Part shown: positions 55,101-62,535 of the stretch, one piece after another
Position numbering within the stretch: the first letter of the stretch is position 1
How the letters are laid out: each line of letters begins with the position of its first letter
Source of the DNA: a virus
Reading direction: 5' to 3' (one strand)
Virus record (IMG/VR): IMGVR_UViG_3300049811_000081
Location: 46,305-110,304 of that record
DNA: 64,000 nucleotides
Program-made: the position numbers and the translations under genes
Notes under the pieces: model-generated
Told to the model about the DNA's origin: nothing
Database searches by the model: none
The model's input: only the letters and a program-made list of their open reading frames with translations

Positions 55101-56391
55101 TTGTACCAGAAGATCCTGAACTACCAGACGATCCACCACTACCTGATGAACCAGAAGTTCCTGATGTTCCTCTAGTTCCCGATGATCCTGAACTACCAGA
55201 AGATCCTGATGAACCACTACTTCCAGACGATCCAGAACTTCCAGAAGAACCACTTGTACCAGAAGTTCCTCTTGTTCCTGATGAACCACTTGTCCCTGAC
55301 GAACCTGAGCTACCAGAAGAGCCGGAAGATCCTGATGAACCGCTTGTACCAGAAGTTCCTCTTGTTCCTGACGATCCAGAACTTCCTGATGAACCACTTG
55401 TACCAGAACTACCAGATGATCCACTTGTACCGGATGTTCCTCTTGTACCCGAAGAACCACTACTACCAGATGAACCACTACTACCAGATGAACCCGATGA
55501 ACCACTACTTCCAGAAGAACCACTTGTACCAGAAGTTCCTCTTGTTCCTGATGATCCAGAACTACCAGATGAACCACTTGTACCAGAACTACCAGATGAA
55601 CCACTTGTACCAGAACTACCAGATGATCCTGAACTACCAGAAGATCCTGATGAACCACTTGTTCCGCTCGTACCGGAAGAACCAAATGCAATTAACCACG
55701 AGTTTCCATCGTATCTATATACCGAATCGGTTATTCTATCGTAATGGAGTTGCCCCTCTTCAATACCAACAGGTAACCCATTTCCTTTGGGTAAAACAAA
55801 CGAACCCGATATCTTAACGGAACCAGTGAACCTATGGGTATCATCCATAGTATTACCAAAAATGTGAGAACCCGATGCAAAGGATTGTGTTACAATTAAA
55901 ACCGAACTACTAACAATATATTGTCTTGCGGTAACGTCTCCTGTTACGGTTAGAGAACCCAAAATTTTGGTGTCGGTATTTACTACAAAACCATTTGTTG
56001 GTGATATTGATGCGGACGCACTTCCGCTCGATATCATCGATAAATTAAGACCTGTAACCCCACTTGCTGGAATATTATATAATCTAGATCCGTCTCCAAT
56101 AAATAAACCACTTACAGTAGATCCCGCAATCTCAACACTACCACTAACAATAAATGAACCCGTTACTTGAACGTTGTTGGTTGTTGCAACAAATGACCCC
56201 GTTCTAACCCATACGTCATCTGGTGTTATACCAGACAATATTGCGTCACAAATAGCAATTCCACCACAATAAACTTCTTCCGCATGTATTGAGGTTAGTT
56301 GTGTATCAAAGCTTCCGATATTAACAGTATATCCAGAAGGGATATTTTCTGTGTTAATTTGCGTCCAATTAATTTTCTGAAGACCACCCAT
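52165..56391 (-). CDS. 1408-aa tail fibre-like protein with Gly-Ser/Thr-Ser repeats and C-terminal peptidase S74 intramolecular chaperone
   Basis: Three G-X-Y repeat blocks; C-terminal TSTKRFKMDINPL...LNPVTFKW...YGLIAEEL...SISYTKMVSILIKSIQEL. Confidence 0.88.
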   Translation of the reverse strand: MGGLQKINWTQINTENIPSGYTVNIGSFDTQLTSIHAEEVYCGGIAICDAILSGITPDDVWVRTGSFVATTNNVQVTGSFIVSGSVEIAGSTVSGLFIGDGSRLYNIPASGVTGLNLSMISSGSASASISPTNGFVVNTDTKILGSLTVTGDVTARQYIVSSSVLIVTQSFASGSHIFGNTMDDTHRFTGSVKISGSFVLPKGNGLPVGIEEGQLHYDRITDSVYRYDGNSWLIAFGSSGTSGTSGSSGSSGSSGSSGSSGTSGSSGSSGTSGSSGSSGSSGTRGTSGTSGSSGSSGSSGSSGSSGSSGSSGSSGTRGTSGTSGSSGSSGTSGSSGSSGSSGTRGTSGTSGSSGSSGSSGSSGSSGTSGSSGTRGTSGTSGSSGSSGSSGSSGSSGSSGSSGSSGTRGTSGTSGSSGSGGSSGSSGSSGTSGSSGSSGSSGSSGTSGSSGSSGSSGSSGTRGTSGTSGSSGSSGSSGSSGSSGTRGTSGTSGSSGSSGSSGSSGTSGSSGSSGSSGSSGTSGSSGSSGSSGTRGTSGTSGSSGSSGTSGSSGSSGSSGSSGSSGSSGSSGSSGTSGSSGSSGTSGPGGSSGTSGTSGSSGISPKYDGISDTCLTLSGLTIGLNTSFTGTTGLSYTLAQHILVANSVNDYFTGDIVSYDENTGAFVVEVSTIGGTNTFCYWEVNLEGASGGSGSSGSSGTSGINGTSGTSGSSGSSGSSGSSGTSGSSGSSGTGGSSGSSGSSGSSGSSGTSGTSGSSGSSGSSGTSGTSGSSGTSGSSGSSGSSGSSGSSGTSGSSGTSGSSGSSGSSGSSGSSGSSGSSGTRGTSGTSGTSGLSPVYNGTSNTSINLNSLVIGNNVTLTATTQLSYTIAQGVLIAYDVNNSFTGDIVSYNPTTGELTVEVTSIFGSGTYASWTTNLEGAAGQAGSSGTSGTSGSSGSSGSSGSSGTSGSSGSSGSSGTSGSSGSSGSSGSSGSSGSSGSSGTGGTSGTSGTSGSSGSSGSSGSSGTSGSSGSSGSSGSSGSSGSSGSSGSSGTSGSSGSSGSSGSSGTSGSSGSSGTSGSSGSSGTSGSSGSSGSSGSSGSSGTSGSSGSSGSSGSSGSSGSSGSSGTSGSSGSSGTSGTSGSSGSSGSSGSSGSSGSSGSSGTRGTSGTSGTSGSSGSSGTSGSSGSSGSSGSSGSSGSSGSSGTSGSSGSSGTSGSSGSSGTSGPGGSSGTSGTSGVGGELTILDDGVSQGTATHLNFTTNITATVTSGTASISATGGSGSPGGATTTIQFNDGGAFSGSNNLTFIKGTNTVQLTGSLVATSLTETSTKRFKMDINPLENQLDTVMMLNPVTFKWIDSSMGNGLEYGLIAEELYKIYPDLVKIDRDGNPESISYTKMVSILIKSIQELKEEINKIKERFNGCGSN
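52738..53625 (-). repeat. Coding repeat block 3, (G-S/T-S)n, ~98 triplets
   Basis: Ends in GTSGPGGSSGTSGTSG, as block 1 does. Confidence 0.95.
53893..54327 (-). repeat. Coding repeat block 2, (G-S/T-S)n, ~48 triplets
   Basis: Lies between two homologous ~85-aa globular spacers. Confidence 0.95.
54592..55683 (-). repeat. Coding 9-nt-period repeat block 1, (G-S/T-S)n, ~120 triplets
   Basis: Gly every third residue; eight GTRGTSGTS punctuations by manual count. Confidence 0.95.
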
Positions 56392-56439
56392 CGATTATAA
56401 AAAGTCTTTAACATAAATACTTTTATAATCGTTATTGTA

Positions 56440-56468
56440 AAAAAAAGGGAGATGTATTTACATCTCCC
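56440..56468 (-). terminator. Intrinsic terminator after the glutaredoxin gene
   Basis: GGGAGATGTA/TACATCTCCC stem followed by a T run on the minus strand. Confidence 0.8.
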
Positions 56469-56481
56469 AAGGAAAAACAAC

Positions 56482-56754
56482 TCAGATATTGTTTTTTATT
56501 AACTCTATTAATTCGTCTTCGGTCTCAAAATGTTTACTTGGTATGAAAACAGGACCGTTATCTGTCCCTTCTTGTCTTATGAAGACAGTCGGAAACGCAT
56601 CATATCCCGTTTGTTTTAAGACCTGGTTCCATATTTTTGGGTTTTTCGTTGCTTCGATTTCCGTAAATGGTATAGACATACTTGTAAGTCTTTCTTTTAG
56701 ACGATTACAATATTGACATCCATTTAGAGTAAAAACAATTACTTTTTTTGTCAT
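56482..56754 (-). CDS. Glutaredoxin/NrdH-like protein
   Basis: FTLNGCQYC, AFPTVFI. Confidence 0.88.
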   Translation of the reverse strand: MTKKVIVFTLNGCQYCNRLKERLTSMSIPFTEIEATKNPKIWNQVLKQTGYDAFPTVFIRQEGTDNGPVFIPSKHFETEDELIELIKNNI

Positions 56755-57059
56755 TATAGGTTGTTCAGTATATCTTTATAATACCCATCGGGTTTAACTC
56801 CAATAGATCTGTCTACCACAGTTTCACCATTATAAATAATGACAGTTGGGACGGATCTTACACCTAATTCTGAAACAAAATCCATGTTTTTATTGATATC
56901 CATTTTAACAAACTCAACATCATTATATTGCGATGATATACTCTCTAATTTTGGGGCTAATAATTTGCAGGGTTGACACCAAGTAGCGAATAAATCCAAT
57001 AAGATTTTTTTATTGTCTTTTTGTAATTGTAATAATTCTTCTTTAGTGATTTCTTTCAT
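56754..57059 (-). CDS. trxA: Thioredoxin
   Basis: DLFATWCQPCK, GVRSVPT. Confidence 0.9.
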   Translation of the reverse strand: MKEITKEELLQLQKDNKKILLDLFATWCQPCKLLAPKLESISSQYNDVEFVKMDINKNMDFVSELGVRSVPTVIIYNGETVVDRSIGVKPDGYYKDILNNL

Positions 57060-57076
57060 TTTATATACATTTAATT

Positions 57077-58156
57077 CTATCTAATAAAACCAATTTTATT
57101 GGTTTTATCATCCACCTTATAGAGTACAGTATCGACATTATAAATATCCGCTAACGACATTGGTTTGTCGGAGATAAAATCTTTTTTAAGGTGTTTTAAT
57201 AAATTATTTGTGTCATTTATATTCAATTCTTCAAATTTATGTTCCGCAATTAATCTACCCTTTCTTAATAATGCTTTATCAATTTTCTCTTTTTTCATAT
57301 TAAAAGTGGCGATTATTTGAATATTTAAACAATCACCAAGAATACCGTCAGTTAAGTTTAATATGTTTGACACTCCCGCAGATGATCCATTAAATTCTCT
57401 ATCAGAGATAACTTTTTCAGCGTCTTCAATTACTAAAATTGAATTTTTATGTTCCATCAAAAATGGTATAATATTCGGCTCCGACAAAACTTCAGCAATA
57501 GAGGGTGGTATAAATAAAATTTCTTTTTCTTTAACCAAACTTGTTAAATACTTGACATATGAAGTTTTTCCAGTACCCGGACTACCATGAAGTAAAATTA
57601 TTCCCTGATCATCATTCGTGTTTAATCTTTTTAATATGACATTATGTATGTCTAAAAATTCACTACCATAATTTAATTTCAAATCAATTTTAGGTATTTT
57701 TAATTCATATTCATCAACATCCAAATGACCATTATCTGACCTAACTAAACTGATATTAGATTTCTTTTTCTTTTTTATATGTTTTTTTAATGATTGTAAA
57801 TCAAATTGGTCATCGATTTCACCATTTGAAATTTTGTATGTGAACTCAATTTTTAATTCGATTTTGGATCCGAAATCTTTTTGGTATTCAAAAAGTTTAA
57901 TAAAAATTTGTCGATGTTCATTAAAGAATAAAAATTGTTTAGATACGTCATATCTCCTGTTATTTACAGAAACTTTACAAATAAGATCAAATCCTTGTTG
58001 TTTAATAAATTCAATCACAGACATGTCGTAATCATCATTTGTAAAATACTTTGACGGCAAATCGTTATAGGTTTCAATAAAAATTTGCTCAACAGGAATT
58101 TCATTTCCATAACTTAAATCATACACAGAATACGCTTTCGGTAATTTTATATTCAT
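57077..58156 (-). CDS. AAA+ ATPase (BCS1-like)
   Basis: LLHGSPGTGKTS Walker A, LVIEDAE Walker B, ILNLTDG, IDKALLRKGR arginine finger; start at MNIKLP. Confidence 0.88.
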   Translation of the reverse strand: MNIKLPKAYSVYDLSYGNEIPVEQIFIETYNDLPSKYFTNDDYDMSVIEFIKQQGFDLICKVSVNNRRYDVSKQFLFFNEHRQIFIKLFEYQKDFGSKIELKIEFTYKISNGEIDDQFDLQSLKKHIKKKKKSNISLVRSDNGHLDVDEYELKIPKIDLKLNYGSEFLDIHNVILKRLNTNDDQGIILLHGSPGTGKTSYVKYLTSLVKEKEILFIPPSIAEVLSEPNIIPFLMEHKNSILVIEDAEKVISDREFNGSSAGVSNILNLTDGILGDCLNIQIIATFNMKKEKIDKALLRKGRLIAEHKFEELNINDTNNLLKHLKKDFISDKPMSLADIYNVDTVLYKVDDKTNKIGFIR

Positions 58157-58190
58157 ATTATATAATATATAAAAAAAATTGGATAAATTC

Positions 58191-58496
58191 TTAATTAAGA
58201 CAAATTTTTTCGTAGTCTTTGAAATCAATGAAAACTTTGTCTATGTATTTCATTTCTACACCGAAATCTTTTTGTTTTTCTTTATTCAGTACCTTATTTC
58301 TTAGAAATTCAAATTGTTCTTTTGTTAAAATTGCATCCCCATTATCCTCTAAATTTTTTTGTGCAATTTCACCAAGTATATTATAGAATTGATCTTCGTC
58401 GTAGTCATTAATGAAATAATCCCTAGCCTCCTTATTTGATTTGAAATATTTTTTAACCGTTTGAATATATATTAATACTTCTGGTGAAAATTTCAT
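58191..58496 (-). CDS. Hypothetical phage protein
   Basis: 101-aa ORF with ATGA overlap with nusG. Confidence 0.6.
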   Translation of the reverse strand: MKFSPEVLIYIQTVKKYFKSNKEARDYFINDYDEDQFYNILGEIAQKNLEDNGDAILTKEQFEFLRNKVLNKEKQKDFGVEMKYIDKVFIDFKDYEKICLN

Positions 58497-59020
58497 ACGA
58501 CTTTGCTGATTTGTTCGAAATTCAATGTTATTGGTGTTTTTCTACCAAAAATTAGAATTTCAACATCAACTTTGTCTTCATGTAATTGAGAGATTGTTCC
58601 ACCAAATGTCTTAAATGGACCTTCTTGTACAATTATGTATTCACCAATATCGTATTTTGTTCTTTTTGTTTCGATGTGCTCTTCGAGCTTATCATCTTTT
58701 AATATTTTCTCAATATCGTCTCTCCTCATCAATATTGGTTTTTTATCTCCCATTATCGCCATGATGTTTGGGGTTGTTGAAATTTCCTTTAACTGGTCTT
58801 CGGATAGTCTATTTTCAGTTTCAAAATATAAATAACCTGTATATATGATTTTTTCTCTTAATATTTTTTTGTTTTTAACAACAACATATTCTTTCTCTGT
58901 CGGACAGAGGAAACGAATGATATCTTTAACCTTACCCAAGGAAATCTGATCATTGAATTGCTGGGCAAGTTGCCTTTCTTTACCGGGTAATACTTTAATC
59001 ACATACCAAGACGTATTCAT
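58493..59020 (-). CDS. nusG: NusG-family transcription elongation/antitermination factor
   Basis: WYVIKVLPGKE, PTE...EKIIYTGYLY (NGN); GPFKTFGGTI...VEILIFGRKTPITLNFEQI (KOW). Confidence 0.93.
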   Translation of the reverse strand: MNTSWYVIKVLPGKERQLAQQFNDQISLGKVKDIIRFLCPTEKEYVVVKNKKILREKIIYTGYLYFETENRLSEDQLKEISTTPNIMAIMGDKKPILMRRDDIEKILKDDKLEEHIETKRTKYDIGEYIIVQEGPFKTFGGTISQLHEDKVDVEILIFGRKTPITLNFEQISKVV

Positions 59021-59042
59021 ACACTTCTATTTTAATAAATAT

Positions 59043-59921
59043 TTAAAAATCTAACGATAATTGCTTACATGGTTCGTTATAGTTCATTATCAGGAGCTCA
59101 GTACCAATATTTTGAGTTCCGTCTTTCTTTGAGGCAGCAGCCTTTTTAAAATCCTTACTTTTCCAACAATATTGATTGGTTGGAAACCATTCGTCCAAAT
59201 GATCAAAATGATAGTAAGATAATGCAAACCGACCAGATATGTTTTTAATAACATTAGCCATTCTGTTGTGATCTTCTCTATCAAAAATATGGTTTGAATA
59301 GTATTTTTCGGTTTTCCAATACGGAGGATCTAAATAAAAAAACGTTTTTTCACCATCATATTTTAAAATAACATCCTCAAAATCTAAATTTTCAACAAAT
59401 GTTATTTTATCAAAATGTTCTCTGTACTTAGGATGTTTTAACTTATCCATAAAAATCAATACCTTACAACGATATTTTCCTTTATAATCGGTATATGGGG
59501 ATGTTTCGGGTTTAGATCCTGAAAAAACTTGTGTTAATACATACACGTATTTACACGCGATTTCATAACTATTTTCTTCAGTTATCTCTAAAGATGGATC
59601 AAACACTTCCTTTTGGAACTGCCTAAACATTTGTTCATACTCTGGCGGAGTGTTTTCCACACCAAGTTGTTGACATGGGTATTTAGACAATTCTTCCCAT
59701 AGTGTATCATAATTCTTCGCACATTTAAATAAGTTAGAATTTAACCTATTAAAATCGTTGTACACCACAGTTTTTAAGTTGGGGTACTTTTTTAAATCCA
59801 TATTAAAAAATACCCAAAACATTCCACTGAAGCCCTCAACATACGTTTCGATATCTGTTGGAATAAAAGGAGCGATCCATTTACCAATACGACCCTTACC
59901 TCCAATATATGAAATTGCCAT
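59043..59921 (-). CDS. dam: Dam/D12-class DNA adenine methyltransferase
   Basis: SYIGGK, YVEGFSG, YNDFN, ENLDFE, FYLDPPY, ELLIMNY; target specificity cannot be determined. Confidence 0.88.
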   Translation of the reverse strand: MAISYIGGKGRIGKWIAPFIPTDIETYVEGFSGMFWVFFNMDLKKYPNLKTVVYNDFNRLNSNLFKCAKNYDTLWEELSKYPCQQLGVENTPPEYEQMFRQFQKEVFDPSLEITEENSYEIACKYVYVLTQVFSGSKPETSPYTDYKGKYRCKVLIFMDKLKHPKYREHFDKITFVENLDFEDVILKYDGEKTFFYLDPPYWKTEKYYSNHIFDREDHNRMANVIKNISGRFALSYYHFDHLDEWFPTNQYCWKSKDFKKAAASKKDGTQNIGTELLIMNYNEPCKQLSLDF

Positions 59922-60027
59922 ATAATTATTATACTATTTTTTTATATCTACGTTTATTATTTATTTGGTTATAAGAAATAATAGAAAAAAAAATTCACAA
60001 AGAGAAACTTATGATATATATTTTAAT

Positions 60028-60183
60028 ATGGGGTGCAATAGTTGTAAACAAAAAAGAAATTATAGAGAAGAACTATCTAAGACAACAGAACACATACAGA
60101 GAAACGCAATAATTCTTATGGTTATTTGGTCTATTTTGGGTCTTTATGGACTTTATACATTAATACTTAAAATCCTATGTTAA
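60028..60183 (+). CDS. Small membrane protein starting MGCNSCK
   Basis: CxxC N-terminus plus C-terminal TM helix. Confidence 0.6.
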   Translation: MGCNSCKQKRNYREELSKTTEHIQRNAIILMVIWSILGLYGLYTLILKILC

Positions 60184-60830
60184 GTTTAAAAACCGGCAAA
60201 TATCATATCATTCTTTTTTGTGAGAAAAAGAGAGTTAAGGTTTTATATAGTTGCATGAAAAAAGATACCGCATATGAAAAATGGAGGGAATTTAAAACAC
60301 AAAAAAAACCTCCATACATTAAACTAAGAACAGGTGGAAAAGACAGAAAAACCGAACTTGTTTACGAATTAGCACTAGTTTTCCCAAACAATAGATGGGC
60401 TAGAAAAGTGTTCGTTAAAGACAGTTTAGGTAGAAATATTGAGGCGAAAATTGAGAATGATAAATTTAGATTGAAGGAAATTATACCCTACTGGAAAGAA
60501 GAACTAATATATGATTTTGATAAAAAAGAAAGAATTAGGTATCATGAAATGATGGATTATATATTAACAATAACAAACATCGCCCAGATTTTTACATTAA
60601 ATAATAAACTGTTTGTTCAAATCGAGAATGATGTTAAGTTATATGGGAATAAAAATATTTTTGACGCAAACAGATTATTTGAAATAGTTAGGGAAGACTT
60701 GTTAAAAAGAAAAAGAAAAAATTTCTTATTTGTTAAAGATGTTTCGAGAAAACAGAGAACAATATTATACGAACTTCTGGAATCCAAAGGATTTAAAAAA
60801 ACCGAATTATTTAGACATTACTCTTATTAA
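60177..60830 (+). CDS. Basic hypothetical phage protein
   Basis: 217-aa ORF, KDSLGRN motif. Confidence 0.65.
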   Translation: MLSLKTGKYHIILFCEKKRVKVLYSCMKKDTAYEKWREFKTQKKPPYIKLRTGGKDRKTELVYELALVFPNNRWARKVFVKDSLGRNIEAKIENDKFRLKEIIPYWKEELIYDFDKKERIRYHEMMDYILTITNIAQIFTLNNKLFVQIENDVKLYGNKNIFDANRLFEIVREDLLKRKRKNFLFVKDVSRKQRTILYELLESKGFKKTELFRHYSY

Positions 60831-61044
60831 AAACAATATCAACTTCTCCGATGGTGATTGTGAAAGTAAGTTCGGGTTTATCTATTTTTCTTCCGTATTT
60901 TTTCTGAGTATTTTCAAAGGCGATATTAAAGTTTTCTTCATCTGTTTCGATGATGACTGTTGTTGATTTAATATTTAAATTAATCTTTTCTAATAAATCA
61001 CTAATGATTGCTAATTGATTTAATACATCACCCTTCTTTTCCAT
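60811..61044 (-). CDS. Hypothetical protein
   Basis: LNQLAIISDLLE. Confidence 0.6.
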   Translation of the reverse strand: MEKKGDVLNQLAIISDLLEKINLNIKSTTVIIETDEENFNIAFENTQKKYGRKIDKPELTFTITIGEVDIVFNKSNV

Positions 61045-61237
61045 AACCAAAAATGATTTTTAATTTATCAAAAAAAGATTTTTTTTCTTTCTCTCTTTCC
61101 TTAAACATTTCGGATTTATCTATTTTTTTGATTTCATCGATCATCCTCTTTTTCTCCAATAAAATTTGTTCCTGATCTTTCTTCTTCTCCCTCTCCAACC
61201 AATTCAAGGCTATCTGTATCGACCTGTTTATATCCAT
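61028..61237 (-). CDS. Hypothetical charged protein
   Basis: 69-aa ORF. Confidence 0.55.
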   Translation of the reverse strand: MDINRSIQIALNWLEREKKKDQEQILLEKKRMIDEIKKIDKSEMFKEREKEKKSFFDKLKIIFGYGKEG

Positions 61238-61628
61238 TTTCTGTTATTTTATCCTGAGTATTATCTAAAGCACGCATTTGAAAAAAATTTTTCAGTTTAT
61301 CTAAAGATTGTTGTTTAAATAACTCCTCCAGTTCTTTCACTTTTTCTTTAAATAAACGTTGTTTTTCCTCTTCTTCTTTATTATGGACAATAATATCTAG
61401 AGCAGCTTCAAACACCGAATTATACCCATCTTCTGACGAAACTGAGACTATGGATAAGAGACTTAATCTATCGTTCTTATCCTGAATTTTGCATTTTATG
61501 TTGTTGTACTTATTGACAATTTTTTCAAATTGCCAAGTATTTGGCAATTTAAGATCTAAGCTGACGTTATTTTCAATTTCTCTTAGAGAATGAAAATGTG
61601 GTTTTAATTTAAATATTAATTCGTACAC
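61134..61628 (-). CDS. Hypothetical coiled-coil protein
   Basis: 164-aa ORF, NKEEEEKQRLFKEKVKEL. Confidence 0.6.
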   Translation of the reverse strand: MYELIFKLKPHFHSLREIENNVSLDLKLPNTWQFEKIVNKYNNIKCKIQDKNDRLSLLSIVSVSSEDGYNSVFEAALDIIVHNKEEEEKQRLFKEKVKELEELFKQQSLDKLKNFFQMRALDNTQDKITENGYKQVDTDSLELVGEGEEERSGTNFIGEKEDDR

Positions 61629-61630
61629 AA

Positions 61631-61801
61631 TTATATAATTAAATAAGTTAAAAAATATGATATTGCCAGATACAAAAATACCGCATCTAATGCATCAATC
61701 TTAATTTGTTTTGGTTCTCGTTGGAGAAGTTTAAAAATAAACTCAAACAAATATCTTGCTATGTAAAGAGAGCTTAAAATAAAAATAAATAAGGGTATCA
61801 T
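61631..61801 (-). CDS. 56-aa two-TM protein (not in track)
   Basis: MIPLFIFILSSLYIARYLF...AVFLYLAISYFLTYLII; ATGA overlap upstream. Confidence 0.55.
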   Translation of the reverse strand: MIPLFIFILSSLYIARYLFEFIFKLLQREPKQIKIDALDAVFLYLAISYFLTYLII

Positions 61802-61992
61802 TTTTCTTCTATTTTTTCGTGTCTTTTCATTTCATCCAGAATTTCTTTCCTATATGTTCCAATTAATAGTTTTACTTCTTGGGCATATTTTCTTGCTCTA
61901 ATGGATGCGCTTCTATTTCCTTTTGAATAGACCTTTTGTGTGTCCATAGACATCTTCTCAACCAGGTCTTTAATTTTATTCAAGGTTTCCAT
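61798..61992 (-). CDS. Histone H1-like (Hc1-family) nucleoid protein
   Basis: KGNRSASIRARKYAQEVK...YRK resembles the GNKAAGTRARK motif of short Bacteroidota Hc1-like proteins. Confidence 0.78.
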   Translation of the reverse strand: METLNKIKDLVEKMSMDTQKVYSKGNRSASIRARKYAQEVKLLIGTYRKEILDEMKRHEKIEEK

Positions 61993-62032
61993 AATTTTTT
62001 CTGATTTTTAATATTAGTATAAGTAAAAAAAT

Positions 62033-62488
62033 CTACTTTTTCAAGTTTTGATTGATTAAATTATATAAATCAGTTAAAACGTCGAGTTCCGCTCTTGTTT
62101 TCTTATGATTAAAATCAAAAAGTTTTTTGAAGTATTCAGGAATTAATATCGGTTTATCCTGTATTTTGTTGTAGTAAAACGCTTCCAAAAAGAAGCCCCA
62201 AAAATATTCGTAGTGAACCCCCCTATTTTTTAAAAAAATCTTTTCTTTGGATAAATCATCGATTACTTTATCCCAACACCAAGTAAAATGATTTTTTTGA
62301 TCTTCTTCTGTTTTGACAACATCGTTACCTAGATAGGTATCATTTATAAGTTCATAAATGGAAATTAAGACATCATAAAATAAATCAATCTTTTCATGAC
62401 TTATATTATATGCCTTATACCAAACATCAATTTGTTGTTTGTAACTTTCTGATGTAATGAACTTAAGGTAATCTTCTTTATTTTCCAT
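62033..62488 (-). CDS. Conserved phage hypothetical protein
   Basis: INDTYLG, NHFTWCWDKVI. Confidence 0.6.
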   Translation of the reverse strand: MENKEDYLKFITSESYKQQIDVWYKAYNISHEKIDLFYDVLISIYELINDTYLGNDVVKTEEDQKNHFTWCWDKVIDDLSKEKIFLKNRGVHYEYFWGFFLEAFYYNKIQDKPILIPEYFKKLFDFNHKKTRAELDVLTDLYNLINQNLKK

Positions 62489-62535
62489 AATTCTTTCATT
62501 AAGAATATAGGAACAAAAGCATCAAAAAAGAAGAA

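Noticed and set aside
52738-55683. Possible CRISPR array or DGR template/variable repeats
   Set aside because: No constant repeat with unique spacers, no cas or reverse transcriptase gene; variation is mostly synonymous in a coding frame, not adenine-specific
52577-55817. Long plus-strand ORFs (PDDPELP..., MNQK...) and alternative minus-frame ORFs (VVQDLLV...)
   Set aside because: Shadows of the 9-nt-period GSS repeat, whose codons lack stops in other frames; they begin and end with the repeat blocks
27830-59921. Restriction-modification systems around the two DNA methylases
   Set aside because: No adjacent restriction endonuclease is recognisable; orphan protective methylases are routine in large phages
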